From: Synechococcus sp.
GTDB lineage: Bacteria; Cyanobacteriota; Cyanobacteriia; PCC-6307; Cyanobiaceae
Direction: 5' to 3'
NCBI GenBank assembly: GCA_047286485.1
Contig: JBJBBH010000005.1
Coordinates: 186,056 to 250,055, forward strand
DNA length: 64,000 bases
Made by a program: the position numbers and the translations under genes. Below, one piece after another: positions 31,277 to 42,213 of the stretch (its first letter is position 1; the number at the start of each line of letters is the position of its first letter). The notes beneath the pieces are model-generated. The model did no database searches. It was given only the letters and a program-made list of their open reading frames with translations, and had not been told where the DNA came from.

Positions 31277-31953
31277 CTCGGTTGACGCAGAGCCTTCACC
31301 AAAGCAGGACCGTGTCCGGTGCCCAGAGCGATGGCCCCAGCCTCCACCAGATCCAGTGCCTGCTCAAGGTCTCGGATCCCACCGGCGGCCTTGATGGCGC
31401 AACGGCCTCGGGTGAGCTGCCGCAGTTCTCTGATCTGACCCGGTGTGACTGCGGCACCAAAACCGTTGCCGGCCTGGAGCGATGCAGCTCCAGCATCCAT
31501 GGCGGCCTCCGCGGCCAGACCAAGCTGCTGCTCATTCAGCTGATTGACATCCAGCACCACGGTCATGGGTAGATCCAGCGCAGCGATGGCGGCCAGCTCC
31601 TCGGCGAAGCTGTTGGCACGACCATTCACAAGAGCTGACCAGTCGGGTGTGACGTCGAGAGCTTCGGCTCCATGGGCAGCTGCCCATTCGGCCTGGGCCT
31701 GTTTCAGCTCCGCGGGAAGTGCACCGAATGGGAAGGCAATGGTGGCGATCAGCTTCACCGCTCCCTGGCCGCCAAGGCGCCTGCGCACGGTTTCGAGCTG
31801 ATTGAGGCTGACGCAGACTCCGCCGAATCCCAGTTGCCGTGCTGCATCACAGAGCGTGAGCAGCTCCTCCTCCTGCATCAGCGGATTGAGCAGTGCCTGG
31901 TGAATCAGAGGGGGGATGTCCGGCAGGTCCTGCCGGCGCGGCGACGTGGTCAT
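31273..31953 (-). CDS. deoC: Deoxyribose-phosphate aldolase (divergent)
   Basis: I.FPFG, K..QA..A...GA..LD, GFG, IKAAGGIR. Confidence 0.8.
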   Translation of the reverse strand: MTTSPRRQDLPDIPPLIHQALLNPLMQEEELLTLCDAARQLGFGGVCVSLNQLETVRRRLGGQGAVKLIATIAFPFGALPAELKQAQAEWAAAHGAEALDVTPDWSALVNGRANSFAEELAAIAALDLPMTVVLDVNQLNEQQLGLAAEAAMDAGAASLQAGNGFGAAVTPGQIRELRQLTRGRCAIKAAGGIRDLEQALDLVEAGAIALGTGHGPALVKALRQPR

Positions 31954-31990
31954 CGCTGAGCAAACGACGGATCAACCCGTCACGAAAGGT

Positions 31991-32578
31991 TCAGTTGCGT
32001 GCCTGGATCACTCCATAGCCTCCGTGGTTGCGCCGATAAATCACCTGAAGCTCATCGCTCTCACTGTCGCGGAAGAGGTAAAAGTCATGGTCGATGAGAT
32101 CAAGCTGGGTGCGCGCGTCATCCAGCGTCATCGGCGGCATGGCGAAGTACTTGCGCCGCACACCCGGGCTGGGCAGCTGAGCCTCCTTCCCCTCGAGAAG
32201 GGAACCATCCACGGGGCTGTCATCGAGCACCGCTTCCGTCGTTGGAGTTTCCGTGGCCCGGTGACCATGGCTGTGGTGGTGGTCGCTGTGGCGATCCTTG
32301 AAGCGCCGCAGCTGTCGTGCCAGCTTGCTTGCGACCAAATCGATGCTCGCGTAGAGATTTTCACTGCGTTCCTGGGCACGAATCACGGTGCCGTTGGCAA
32401 AGACGGTCACCTCGGCGGTCTGCTGCGGAACGCGGGGATTGCGAGCCACTGAAAGATGCACATCCGCTTCCTGAACAAGGTCGTTGAAGTGATGAATGGC
32501 ACGATCAAGCTTCGTCTCGGTGTAATCCCGCAATGCGGGAGTCACATCCAGATTGCGACCATGGATCAAGAGCTTCAT
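31991..32578 (-). CDS. lrtA: Ribosome hibernation factor / light-repressed protein LrtA
   Basis: [51 protein letters not shown]. Confidence 0.95.
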   Translation of the reverse strand: MKLLIHGRNLDVTPALRDYTETKLDRAIHHFNDLVQEADVHLSVARNPRVPQQTAEVTVFANGTVIRAQERSENLYASIDLVASKLARQLRRFKDRHSDHHHSHGHRATETPTTEAVLDDSPVDGSLLEGKEAQLPSPGVRRKYFAMPPMTLDDARTQLDLIDHDFYLFRDSESDELQVIYRRNHGGYGVIQARN

Positions 32579-32613
32579 GCATCCCTCCGGTGCCTGCGCC
32601 TAACGGAAAGCTA

Positions 32614-33306
32614 GTGACGCCGTTGGATTCCGGAACAGGGTCTTCGGCATTTCTTTTTCAGCCTGCACAGCTGGTGCCGTTCATGCAGGCCTGGGACCTG
32701 CAGCGCTGTTGGCAGGAGAGGTTGCTCCAGCAGTCGCTCACCGACGCCGATGCGGAAGCGGTCTGGCTGCTGCAGCACCCACGCTGCTACACCCTCGGCC
32801 GCGGCGCCAGCGACGACCATCTGCTGTTCGACCCGGAGCATCCGCCGGCCCCACTGCACCGCATCGACCGTGGAGGGGAGGTCACGCACCATGCACCCGG
32901 TCAACTGGTGGCCTACCCGGTGCTGGATCTACGCCGTCGCCGAACCGATCTGCACTGGTATCTGCGTCAGCTTGAGCAGGTGGTGATTGATGTCTTGCAG
33001 GTTCTCGGCCTGCAGGGGGAACGCATCGAGGGACTCACCGGGGTCTGGCTTAATCAGAAGAAAGTGGCTGCGATTGGTGTCGGTTGCCGTCGCTGGATCA
33101 CGCAGCACGGTCTTGCCCTGAACGTGACCTGTGATCTGGAGGGATTCAAATCCGTGGTGCCCTGTGGGCTCAAAGGGCGCCCGGTTGGTCGGCTGTGCGA
33201 CTGGATTCCTGATCTGGAGCTTGAGATCGTGCAAACCCTGCTGCGCGATGCCCTGGCCAGCCGCTTCGATCTGATCTGGCAGGAGAGCGCTGGCGAGCAG
33301 CACTGA
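32614..33306 (+). CDS. lipB: Lipoyl(octanoyl) transferase
   Basis: [27 protein letters not shown]...KVAAIGV, HGLALNV, PCGL; start uncertain. Confidence 0.93.
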   Translation: MTPLDSGTGSSAFLFQPAQLVPFMQAWDLQRCWQERLLQQSLTDADAEAVWLLQHPRCYTLGRGASDDHLLFDPEHPPAPLHRIDRGGEVTHHAPGQLVAYPVLDLRRRRTDLHWYLRQLEQVVIDVLQVLGLQGERIEGLTGVWLNQKKVAAIGVGCRRWITQHGLALNVTCDLEGFKSVVPCGLKGRPVGRLCDWIPDLELEIVQTLLRDALASRFDLIWQESAGEQH

Positions 33307-33357
33307 TTGCCGAAGCAGCGTTGAGGTGATAGGCCTGGGCGACTGCACACCGTTCCC

Positions 33358-35301
33358 GTGACTGCCGCCGCTCAATCCACCTGGCATCCAACCGCCCGCG
33401 AGCAGGCGGCCCTGGCTCGCCAAGCCCATGTGCAAACCCTTGGTCGTGTGGATCAGGTCTGGCCCTGGCTGAAATCCCATCACGGTGATGTGATGGCGGT
33501 TGATGCTCCCCATGCCGCCCATCCGGAGCGGCTCAGCTATCGCGAACTGGCGGAGCGGATTGATCAAGCCGCTGCCGCATTCCGCAATCTGCGAATCACC
33601 AATGGCGATGTGGTGGGCCTGTTCGCTGAGAACAGCCCGCGCTGGCTTGTGGCCGACCAGGGCCTGATGAGGGCCGGTGCCATCGATGCGGTGCGTGGAG
33701 CAGCAGCACCTGTGGAAGAGCTGCGTTACATCCTCGAGGATGCGGCGGCCGTGGCGCTGGTAGTGCAAACCGCTGATCTGCTGCAGCGTCTTCAGCTGCC
33801 GGCGGATCTGCGGGAGCGTCTGCGCTTTGTGCTCGTGCTCGAGGGTCCAGCTCCTGAGGGCGCACTCGACTTCGAGGCTTTTCTTGCCCTTGCCGATGGA
33901 ATGGAGCCGCCGGATCCAATCAGCGGACGGGATCGCGCCTCTGCCCAATCCACCACTGCCACCATCCTGTACACCAGCGGAACCACAGGCCGGCCCAAGG
34001 GCGTGCCGCTGACGCACGCCAACCTCCTGCATCAGATGCGCAGCCTTGCCTGCGTGACCCGCCCGGAACCGGGATCACCGGTGCTGAGCGTTCTGCCGAT
34101 CTGGCATTCCTACGAACGCAGCGCTGAGTACTACTTCTTCTCTTGCGCTTGCTCACAGAGTTACACCACGATCAAGCAGCTCAAGAAGGATCTGCCACGG
34201 GTAAAGCCGGTGATCATGGCCACGGTTCCCAGGTTGTGGGAAGCAGTACAGGCCGGCTTTGAAGATGCCGTTAAAACCTTTCCCGCATCGCGTCAGCGCC
34301 TGTTGAGAGCAGCTCTGGCCAACAGCACGGCCTACACCCTCGCCAGGCGCCGGAGCCGTGACCTCATGATTCAACCGCTGCGCAAGCGCGACCGGCTCAA
34401 GGCTGCGGCAGAGGCGACCCGGCGCTGGCCGGCCCATGCGCTGGCTTCCCAATTGATCTGGCCCAAACTGAGGCTGCAGCTCAGTGGTGGAAAACTGCGC
34501 TACCCCATCAATGGAGGCGGTGCCATTGCTCCGCACGTTGATTCCTTCTTTGAAGCGGTTGGTATCGAGCTGCTGGTCGGGTATGGCCTCACCGAAACCA
34601 GCCCGGTGGTGAGTTGCCGGAGGCCATGGCGCAATATCCGCGGCAGCTCCGGTCTGCCGCTCCCGGAAACGGAGTTTCGAATCGTTGATGCCGAGACCAG
34701 GCAGCCGCTCGGGTTCCGCGAACGAGGTGTGGTGTTGGTGCGTGGTCCTCAGGTGATGGGTGGCTATCTCGGCAAACCTGAGGCCACCGCGAAGGTCCTG
34801 GATGCCGATGGCTGGTTTGATACAGGGGATTTGGGCATGCTTCTCCCCGATGGATCTGTGGTTCTGACCGGACGGGCCAAGGACACGATCGTGCTCAGCA
34901 GCGGTGAGAACATCGAGCCAGGGCCGCTTGAGGAGGCTCTCGTCTCCAGCCCTCTGATCGAGCAAGTGATGCTGGTGGGCCAAGACGAGCGCCAACTTGG
35001 GGCCCTGGTGGTGCCACGGGTGGATGCGATCAAGGCCTGGGCGAGCGCTCAGGGCTGCGATCCAGGAGATGATCTGGGCGGTCATCCCGGAGATGAGCGC
35101 TTGCTCAAACTCATGCGCGGCGAGCTGAACCGACTGTTGGCTTGCCGTGTTGGATCCAGGGCTGATGAGCGACTGGCCGGCGTGGCCCTGGTGGAACCAT
35201 TCTCGATTGAGAATGGTCTCCTCACCCAGACACTCAAGCAACGGCGAGACCGGATTACTGAACGGGATCGCTCATCCATCGAGAGCGTGTACGGCCGCTG
35301 A
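33358..35301 (+). CDS. aas: Acyl-ACP synthetase / long-chain fatty-acid ligase
   Basis: LYTSGTTG.PKGV.LTH.N, GYGLTET, GWF.TGDLG, GRAKD.IVL.SGENIEP. Confidence 0.88.
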   Translation: MTAAAQSTWHPTAREQAALARQAHVQTLGRVDQVWPWLKSHHGDVMAVDAPHAAHPERLSYRELAERIDQAAAAFRNLRITNGDVVGLFAENSPRWLVADQGLMRAGAIDAVRGAAAPVEELRYILEDAAAVALVVQTADLLQRLQLPADLRERLRFVLVLEGPAPEGALDFEAFLALADGMEPPDPISGRDRASAQSTTATILYTSGTTGRPKGVPLTHANLLHQMRSLACVTRPEPGSPVLSVLPIWHSYERSAEYYFFSCACSQSYTTIKQLKKDLPRVKPVIMATVPRLWEAVQAGFEDAVKTFPASRQRLLRAALANSTAYTLARRRSRDLMIQPLRKRDRLKAAAEATRRWPAHALASQLIWPKLRLQLSGGKLRYPINGGGAIAPHVDSFFEAVGIELLVGYGLTETSPVVSCRRPWRNIRGSSGLPLPETEFRIVDAETRQPLGFRERGVVLVRGPQVMGGYLGKPEATAKVLDADGWFDTGDLGMLLPDGSVVLTGRAKDTIVLSSGENIEPGPLEEALVSSPLIEQVMLVGQDERQLGALVVPRVDAIKAWASAQGCDPGDDLGGHPGDERLLKLMRGELNRLLACRVGSRADERLAGVALVEPFSIENGLLTQTLKQRRDRITERDRSSIESVYGR

Positions 35302-35372
35302 ACTTCGTCGGCCTGGGCCGGGTTGACCATCCGCCGTGGGGCTGAGACGCTTGGCGCTGCTTCCCCGCCCCC

Positions 35373-35816
35373 ATGTCCGACGGCACAACTCTGTCGATCA
35401 AGCGTTCCATCACCATCCGTGCCGTGGTCACGCCGGCTTGGAAGGAAGAGGCCGAGCGTGAACTGAGCGCTGGTATTTCCACCACTGACCAGCAACTGGC
35501 TCAGCTCGAGCAGGAGGGGCAGCAGGTTGTGGATGATGTGCGCCGTCAGAGCGCCAATCCCCTGGACCCGCGTGTTCAGGAGCAGGTGGCGCAGGTGCAG
35601 CAGCAGGTGGCTGCCAAGCGGGCTGAGCTCGAAGAGCAGAAGCGCAATCTGCTTCAGCAGCAAGCCCAGGTTCGCGAGCTTGAGATGGAACAGATCGTGG
35701 ATCAGGGTCAGCTTGAGAGCTTCTGCGACATTCAGGTGGGCGACAACCTGGTCAGCAAGATGCAGGTTGCGGTTGTGGTGCGGGACGGGGTGATTGAGTC
35801 GATCGAGCAGGGCTGA
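35373..35816 (+). CDS. YlqD-family protein
   Basis: IKR.I..RAVVTP.WKEE, coiled coil, QGQ.ESF....VGDNL..KM. Confidence 0.8.
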   Translation: MSDGTTLSIKRSITIRAVVTPAWKEEAERELSAGISTTDQQLAQLEQEGQQVVDDVRRQSANPLDPRVQEQVAQVQQQVAAKRAELEEQKRNLLQQQAQVRELEMEQIVDQGQLESFCDIQVGDNLVSKMQVAVVVRDGVIESIEQG

Positions 35817-35880
35817 GCGCTGATGGGGGCCGGCCTGCCGGCCCGTAAGATTTTTCTAGTCAGCCCCTCTGGAGACGGTT

Positions 35881-37227
35881 TTGGCAACCCACGACATCTT
35901 CATGCCTGCCCTCAGCTCCACGATGACGGAGGGGAAGATCGTTGAGTGGCTCAAAAATCCTGGCGACAAGGTGGGCCGCGGCGAGTCCGTCCTCGTGGTC
36001 GAGTCCGACAAGGCCGACATGGATGTCGAATCCTTCAATGAGGGTTATCTGGCAGCTGTGCTGATGCCAGCTGGCAGCACGGCTCCTGTGGGTGAAACCA
36101 TCGGCCTGATCGTGGAGACCGAGGCTGAGCTGGCCGAGGCTCAGGCCAAGGCACCATCGGGTGGCGGATCGGCCCCCGCCACTGCTGCGCCAACGACTGC
36201 TGCACCAACGCCTGCTGCAGCACCAACACCTGCACCAGCAGCTGTTCCAGCCGCACCCACGCCTGCTCCGGCACCACCTGCACCCGTTGCAGCTCCTGCG
36301 GCCGCTCCCAGTAACGGGCGACTGATCGCCACTCCCAGGGCGAAAAAACTGGCTGCTCAGATGGGCGTTGACCTCGCGGGGGTGCGCGGCAGCGGTCCCA
36401 ACGGTCGTATTCAGGCTGAAGATGTGGAGCGGGCTGCTGGTCGTCCCATCAGTGTTCCTCTGGTTGGTGAGGGCACTGCCGCGGCTGTGGGTGTCGGTGC
36501 TGCGAGCGCGGCCACTGCACCGTCCGCCCCAGCTGGTAACAGCTTCGGTCGTCCTGGCGACACCGTTCCGTTCAACACGCTCCAGAGCGCGGTGAACCGC
36601 AACATGGAAGCCAGCCTCGCTGTTCCCTGCTTCCGCGTGGGATACACGATCACCACTGATCAACTCGATGCTTTTTACAAACAGGTGAAGCCGAAGGGCG
36701 TCACCATGACCGCTCTTCTGGCCAAGGCCGTGGCCGTCACCCTGGCCCGGCATCCTCAGGTGAATGCGGCGACCACGGCCGCTGGCATGAGCTATCCCGC
36801 CGAGGTGAATGTGGCTGTAGCCGTGGCCATGGAAGACGGTGGTCTGATCACTCCTGTGCTGCGTCAGGCCGATCGAACGGATCTCTATGAGCTTTCCCGG
36901 CAGTGGGGGGATCTGGTCAAGCGTTCCCGCAGCAAGCAGCTTCAGCCCGAGGAATACAGCACAGGCACCTTCACGCTCTCCAATCTCGGCATGTTCGGGG
37001 TGGATCGCTTCGATGCCATCCTTCCTCCCGGTACCGGTGCCATCCTCGCGGTGGCTGCCTCAAGACCTGTCGTTGTTGCTGGCAAGGATGGTTCCATCGC
37101 CGTGAAGCGACAGATGCAGGTCAATCTCACCGCCGACCACCGCGTCGTCTACGGCGCTGATGGAGCCGCGTTCCTCAAGGATCTGGCGGAATTGATCGAA
37201 ACGCGTCCTGAAAGTCTGGCGATCTGA
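35881..37227 (+). CDS. pdhC: Pyruvate dehydrogenase E2, dihydrolipoamide acetyltransferase
   Basis: Lipoyl domain VESDKADMDVE, Ala/Pro linker, E3-binding ATPRAKKLA, L.ADHR..YGAD. Confidence 0.96.
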   Translation: MATHDIFMPALSSTMTEGKIVEWLKNPGDKVGRGESVLVVESDKADMDVESFNEGYLAAVLMPAGSTAPVGETIGLIVETEAELAEAQAKAPSGGGSAPATAAPTTAAPTPAAAPTPAPAAVPAAPTPAPAPPAPVAAPAAAPSNGRLIATPRAKKLAAQMGVDLAGVRGSGPNGRIQAEDVERAAGRPISVPLVGEGTAAAVGVGAASAATAPSAPAGNSFGRPGDTVPFNTLQSAVNRNMEASLAVPCFRVGYTITTDQLDAFYKQVKPKGVTMTALLAKAVAVTLARHPQVNAATTAAGMSYPAEVNVAVAVAMEDGGLITPVLRQADRTDLYELSRQWGDLVKRSRSKQLQPEEYSTGTFTLSNLGMFGVDRFDAILPPGTGAILAVAASRPVVVAGKDGSIAVKRQMQVNLTADHRVVYGADGAAFLKDLAELIETRPESLAI

Positions 37228-37301
37228 ATTAAGTCAGCGGCCGAACCTGACCTGCCGAGCTCAGGGAACCTTGCCACTCTTGATGTGGTGAAGGACGACC
37301 T

Positions 37302-39197
37302 GTGTCTATTCCATCCTTTTCACGCCTGCTGGGCCGTCCGCTGCCACGTTCCAGTGCCAAGGATGAGCGACTTCCCAACGTTCAGGCGCTGCCGATCTTG
37401 TCTTCGGATGCCCTGTCGTCCGTGGCCTATGCCACGGAAGCGGCGCTTGGAATTCTGATTCTGGGGGGCAGTGCCGCTCTTCGGCTCTCGGTGCCCATCA
37501 CCCTGGCGATCATCGGCCTGATCTCGATTGTGGTGCTGTCGTACCGGCAGGCGATCGCGGCCTATCCCAACGGGGGCGGTTCCTATGTGGTGGCCCGCGA
37601 CAATCTCGGACGCAATGTGGGTTTGGTGGCCGCCGCCGCGCTGCTGATCGACTACACCCTCACTGCAGCGGTCAGCCTGATGGCAGGAACCCAGGCGTTG
37701 TCGTCGCTGGACCCATCGCTGTTGGCCTATGAGGTCCCCATTGCTTTGCTGCTGCTCGTGCTGGTGGGTTGGGCCAACCTTCGCGGGGTCAAGGAGGCAG
37801 GGCGTGTGTTCGCGGTTCCCACCTACGCCTTCGTGGTGATGATTGTTCTGCTCACGGTTGCTGGGCTCAAGGACCTCACCTTTCACCATGGCTGGAGACC
37901 CGATGCCCCGCCTCTGACAGCTGCGCTGCAGCCGATCGGCTTGTTTCTGATCCTCCGGGCTTTCAGTTCGGGGTGTTCCGCAATGACCGGTATTGAAGCC
38001 ATCGCCAATGGCGTGCAGGTGTTCCGTGAGCCTGCTCCGGTGAATGCGCGCAAGACCCTGCTGGTGATGGGTGTGCTGCTGTCGGCGATGTTTCTTGCGG
38101 TCAGCACCATGGGCTTTATGTACGGAGTGGCCCCCAACCCCGACATCACGGTGTTGGCTCAGATCGGCCGGCGCGTCTTTGGCGATGGCAGCGTTCTCTA
38201 CTGGATCCTGCAGATCTCAACGCTGCTGATTCTCGTGCTGGCAGCGAACACAGCCTTCTCCGGATTCCCCCGTCTGGCGGCCATGCTGGCGGAAGACCAG
38301 TGTTTGCCCATGCAGATGAAGCTGCTGGGGGATCGACTCGTCTACCAGAACGGGATCGGCGTTCTGGTGGCGATCACGGCCTTGATCATCGTGATTTGCC
38401 GAGGCGACACCACCGTGGCGGTGAATCTCTATGCCCTGGGTGTTTTCACCGCCTTCACGCTCTCGCAGCTGGGCCTGGTGCGTCGCTGGTGGAAGCTGCG
38501 CGGAGACAGCTGGCAGGGGCGGATGGCCATGAATGCGCTCGGATCGATCACCACCTTTGTGGTGCTGGTGGTGATCGTGGTGAGCAAATTTGATGAGGGG
38601 GCCTGGAGCGTGGTGATCGCCATTCCCCTGCTGGTGTGGGGACTGGCATTGATCCGACGCCGGTACAGGGAGATCTTCGCGTCCCTTGCGCTGGATCCAG
38701 AGGGGGCATCACTGAAGCTGGTTCCCCGTGATCCACCCACCGGGCACCATGCGGTCGTCTGGGTTGCGAGCATGACGCAACCCTCTTTTGAGGCCTTGCG
38801 CTACGCCTGTTCATTCGCCGATTCAGTCACGGCGGTGATGGTGGTGCAGAAGGAGGAGGAAGGCGGCAAGCTCAGCCAGATGTGGGATCGCTATGCGGGC
38901 ACGGACACGGGTGCGCTTGAGCTGGTGCTGCTCGACAGTCCATACAGTTCGCTGATCGATCCCTTCTGTGACTTCGTGATGGAGGAGGAGAGACGCCATC
39001 CAGAGTGCACCACCACCGTGGTGATGCCTGTGGCCATTCCCAGGGATCGACTGGATGTGGCGTTGCTCAATCAACGGGCTCGCAGCCTGTTCGAGGCGCT
39101 CTCCACCGATCAGAGCAGGGTGTTTTCCATCGTGCGCTACTTCGTTCCACGCTTCGCCAGCAAGGGCAGGACGTTGCCCTCAGGCAGCATGGACTGA
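37302..39197 (+). CDS. KimA/YdaO-like K+ importer (APC superfamily)
   Basis: LSSDALSSVAY.TE, SYRQ...AYP.GGGSY, L.DY.L, TG.EAI.NG, plus cytoplasmic C-terminal domain. Confidence 0.8.
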   Translation: MSIPSFSRLLGRPLPRSSAKDERLPNVQALPILSSDALSSVAYATEAALGILILGGSAALRLSVPITLAIIGLISIVVLSYRQAIAAYPNGGGSYVVARDNLGRNVGLVAAAALLIDYTLTAAVSLMAGTQALSSLDPSLLAYEVPIALLLLVLVGWANLRGVKEAGRVFAVPTYAFVVMIVLLTVAGLKDLTFHHGWRPDAPPLTAALQPIGLFLILRAFSSGCSAMTGIEAIANGVQVFREPAPVNARKTLLVMGVLLSAMFLAVSTMGFMYGVAPNPDITVLAQIGRRVFGDGSVLYWILQISTLLILVLAANTAFSGFPRLAAMLAEDQCLPMQMKLLGDRLVYQNGIGVLVAITALIIVICRGDTTVAVNLYALGVFTAFTLSQLGLVRRWWKLRGDSWQGRMAMNALGSITTFVVLVVIVVSKFDEGAWSVVIAIPLLVWGLALIRRRYREIFASLALDPEGASLKLVPRDPPTGHHAVVWVASMTQPSFEALRYACSFADSVTAVMVVQKEEEGGKLSQMWDRYAGTDTGALELVLLDSPYSSLIDPFCDFVMEEERRHPECTTTVVMPVAIPRDRLDVALLNQRARSLFEALSTDQSRVFSIVRYFVPRFASKGRTLPSGSMD

Positions 39198-39212
39198 TCA
39201 CGATCAAGCCTT

Positions 39213-40352
39213 GTGGTGGATCCAAGGGATCTTCAGCTCAGCTCCTACGACTACCGACTGCCCGAGGAGCGGATCGCCCAGGCACCGGTGGAGCCACGCC
39301 ATGCAGCACGACTGCTGATGGCGCCTTCCCTGCATCGGCCTTTGACGGAGCTCAAGCATCGCCAGGTGTGGGATTGGCAGGATGAGCTTCTTCCCGGCGA
39401 CCTCTTGGTGGTCAACGACACGCGGGTGCTGCGGGCACGGCTGAGGGTGCGGCGTTCCGGAGGTGGCCTGGCGGAGCTGCTGGTGCTCGAGCCCCGCGGC
39501 GAAGGCCGCTGGCTGTGTCTTGCCAGACCCGGCAAGAAATTGAAGCCCGGCGATCAGGTCTGGCTTGAAGCTCTCGAACAGGAGCCCATTCCTCTGCAGG
39601 TGTTGGCCTCGGATGGCGCCAGTGGCGGCCGAATTATCCAGTTCCCTGAGGCTTTCGTTGATGCTGCAGCGATCGAAACACTCCTAGAGCGGTATGGCGA
39701 AGTGCCATTACCGCCTTACATCACGCGTCATCATGAGTCGGATCAGGAGCGTTATCAGACCCGCTACGCCTCCAGGCCAGGAGCGGTTGCTGCTCCAACG
39801 GCGGGCTTGCACCTCAGTGATGAGCTCCTGAAGGCGATCCGCGGTCGCGGTGTTCAGCTGGCCACGGTGACCCTGCACGTGGGCTTGGGCACATTTCGGC
39901 CCGTGGAAACTGAAGATCTCACGGATTTGAGTCTGCACAGCGAATGGGTGGAGGTGACCCCTGAGCTGGTGGCGGCGGTGGTCGCATGCCGTCAGCGTGG
40001 AGGACGGGTGATTGCCGTGGGCACCACCAGTGTGCGGGCCCTCGAGGGAGCAGCCGCCGCCGGCGGCGGTTGCCTTCAGCCGCTTAGGGGGCCTGTTGAT
40101 CTGGTGATCCAGCCCGGCTTTTGTTTCGCGGTGGTGCAAGGTTTGCTGACCAACTTTCATCTGCCCAAGAGCTCGCTGCTTCTGCTGGTCAGTGCTCTGA
40201 TCGGACGACAGAGGTTGCTTGAGTTGTATGACCTTGCCATTCAGGACGCCTATCGCTTCTACTCTTACGGTGATGCCATGTGGATCCCACCAGAGGCAGT
40301 GCTTTCAGAGGCCAGATGTCATGTTGGATCTTCAGGTTCGATGACGAAGTAG
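39213..40352 (+). CDS. queA: S-adenosylmethionine:tRNA ribosyltransferase-isomerase
   Basis: [53 protein letters not shown]. Confidence 0.97.
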   Translation: MVDPRDLQLSSYDYRLPEERIAQAPVEPRHAARLLMAPSLHRPLTELKHRQVWDWQDELLPGDLLVVNDTRVLRARLRVRRSGGGLAELLVLEPRGEGRWLCLARPGKKLKPGDQVWLEALEQEPIPLQVLASDGASGGRIIQFPEAFVDAAAIETLLERYGEVPLPPYITRHHESDQERYQTRYASRPGAVAAPTAGLHLSDELLKAIRGRGVQLATVTLHVGLGTFRPVETEDLTDLSLHSEWVEVTPELVAAVVACRQRGGRVIAVGTTSVRALEGAAAAGGGCLQPLRGPVDLVIQPGFCFAVVQGLLTNFHLPKSSLLLLVSALIGRQRLLELYDLAIQDAYRFYSYGDAMWIPPEAVLSEARCHVGSSGSMTK

Positions 40353-40377
40353 CTCTGTAATCAGAAGGATTGCACTG

Positions 40378-41046
40378 ATGCCACCGCACCGCAGCTCTAT
40401 TTTTTTAGACCGCTTTAGGCTTCGCCGAAGCCTAGTTATCGGAACTGTTTTTACGCTCGCTTTCTATGCGTTATTGACACCGCAGGAAGCGCTTTCTGTG
40501 GGAATGTTGATCGCTCTGTCTGTGGATGCAACTCTTTTTTTCAGGGCCGCATGGTCGTTGGACTTCGAACAGACCAAGGCCCTTTTTGACCATGAAAGAC
40601 TCCATGCCGGTCTGCTGATTAAGCGCTCCGTGGCGGTTAGTTTTCTTGGCCTTGGTGTGATGAGTCTTTGTGTAAGCGATCTTGGGTCGAAGCATTCTGC
40701 GCTCCCCGAAGATTTTCGCATCTTTATTTATTTTGTCTCAATTTTGTTGATTTGGATCAGTTTGCACCATAGTTATGCTCTTCATTATGCCAAGTATTTC
40801 TTTCATTTCAATTCAGGGAATGATCGCAAAAAAGTTGCGACCAAGGTGTTTTCTTTCCCTGAGGATATGAAGCCGGTTTTGTTTGATTTCGTCTACGTGG
40901 CATATTCCATCGGTTTGACTTTTGGTATGACCGACGTGGGTGCTGAGTCGACTGAAATTCGCAAGACAATTCTCGTTCAGTCAATGTTGGCCTTTCTCTA
41001 CGCAACCACAGCCATTTCGGCGATAGCCAGCCTGTTTACGGCGTGA
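40378..41046 (+). CDS. DUF1345-like membrane protein (AT-rich)
   Basis: H..YA.HYA..F, F.FP...P...DF.Y.AYSIG.TF..TDV, R...L.QS.L.F. Confidence 0.7.
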   Translation: MPPHRSSIFLDRFRLRRSLVIGTVFTLAFYALLTPQEALSVGMLIALSVDATLFFRAAWSLDFEQTKALFDHERLHAGLLIKRSVAVSFLGLGVMSLCVSDLGSKHSALPEDFRIFIYFVSILLIWISLHHSYALHYAKYFFHFNSGNDRKKVATKVFSFPEDMKPVLFDFVYVAYSIGLTFGMTDVGAESTEIRKTILVQSMLAFLYATTAISAIASLFTA

Positions 41047-41050
41047 TGGA

Positions 41051-41083
41051 AAAGACGAAAGGCTCTGCTCAAGAGCAAAGCCT
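41051..41083 (-). terminator. Intrinsic terminator downstream of cysK
   Basis: Minus strand GGCTTTGCTC-TT-GAGCAGAGCC hairpin followed by TTTCGTCTTTT. Confidence 0.65.
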
Positions 41084-41114
41084 TCGATCTTGCCAAGCTT
41101 GAAACCGATTCGGC

Positions 41115-42101
41115 TCAGGCCGTCACGGGTTGCTCGATGATGCCGGTGGGAACATCGGCGAACATCACTGACGAGAGATAGCGCTCGGCCAGGTCAGGGA
41201 GAACAACCACGATGGTTTTGCCGGCGTAGGCGTCCTGCTTGGCCAGCCGGATCGCGGCGGCTGCCGCGGCTCCGCAGGAGATACCCACTAGCAGGCCTTC
41301 CTCCTTGGCAAGACGCAGAGCCATCTCAACGGACTCGTCGTTGGTCACCTGCTCCACCTTGTCGACCACGGAGAGGTCGAGGTTCTTGGGAATGAAGCCT
41401 GCGCCGATGCCCTGGATCTTGTGGGGCCCTGGCTTCACTTCCTCACCGTTCATGGTCTGGGTGATCACCGGACTGTGGCTGGGCTCCACGGCCACCGATT
41501 CGATCGCCTTGCCTTGGTCATTCTTGATGTAGCGGGAAACGCCGGTGATGGTGCCGCCGGTACCGACGCCTGCCACCAGAACGTCGATGGAACCATCGCA
41601 GTCGTTCCAGATCTCAGGGCCTGTGGTTTTCTGATGAATCTCGGGGTTGGCCGGATTCTCGAACTGTCCAGGCATGAAGTACTTGCCAGGGTCGCTGGCG
41701 GCGATCTCCTTGGCTTTGGCGATGGCGCCGGGCATGCCCTTGGCGGCTTCGGTGAGAACGATTTCCGCACCGAGAACGGCCATCACTCGGCGACGTTCAA
41801 TCGACATCGACTCGGGCATCGTCAGCACGAGCTTGTAGCCGCGTGCGGCCGCGGTGAAGGCGAGAGCAACGCCTGTATTGCCGGATGTGGGCTCGACGAT
41901 CACCTTGCCTTCGGTGAGTTCACCACGCTTTTCGGCATCCCAGATCATGTTCGCGCCGATGCGGCACTTCACGCTGTAGGCAGGATTGCGGCCTTCGATC
42001 TTGGCGAGAACGGTGGCTTTGCAGTCCTTGGTGACATGGTTCAGACGCACCAGGGGGGTATTACCGATGGCCTGGCTGTTATCGGCGTAAACGCGAGACA
42101 T
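41115..42101 (-). CDS. cysK: Cysteine synthase A
   Basis: [44 protein letters not shown]. Confidence 0.97.
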   Translation of the reverse strand: MSRVYADNSQAIGNTPLVRLNHVTKDCKATVLAKIEGRNPAYSVKCRIGANMIWDAEKRGELTEGKVIVEPTSGNTGVALAFTAAARGYKLVLTMPESMSIERRRVMAVLGAEIVLTEAAKGMPGAIAKAKEIAASDPGKYFMPGQFENPANPEIHQKTTGPEIWNDCDGSIDVLVAGVGTGGTITGVSRYIKNDQGKAIESVAVEPSHSPVITQTMNGEEVKPGPHKIQGIGAGFIPKNLDLSVVDKVEQVTNDESVEMALRLAKEEGLLVGISCGAAAAAAIRLAKQDAYAGKTIVVVLPDLAERYLSSVMFADVPTGIIEQPVTA

Positions 42102-42213
42102 GAGGGGATCAAAAAATGGCCAATTTTGGCAATTTAGGGAGACTCTCTCGTGATTGCCTGGCTCTTAATGGCATGTTCAAACTCTGCCAACATCCAGCGT
42201 CCTTTTGATCCTG

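Noticed and set aside
32250-32300. His-rich stretch [10 protein letters not shown] in LrtA
   Set aside because: Short linker that I recall as common in picocyanobacterial LrtA; no further evidence for a metal-binding role.
36160-36310. Ala/Pro-rich quasi-repeats in pdhC
   Set aside because: Standard flexible E2 linker; expected.
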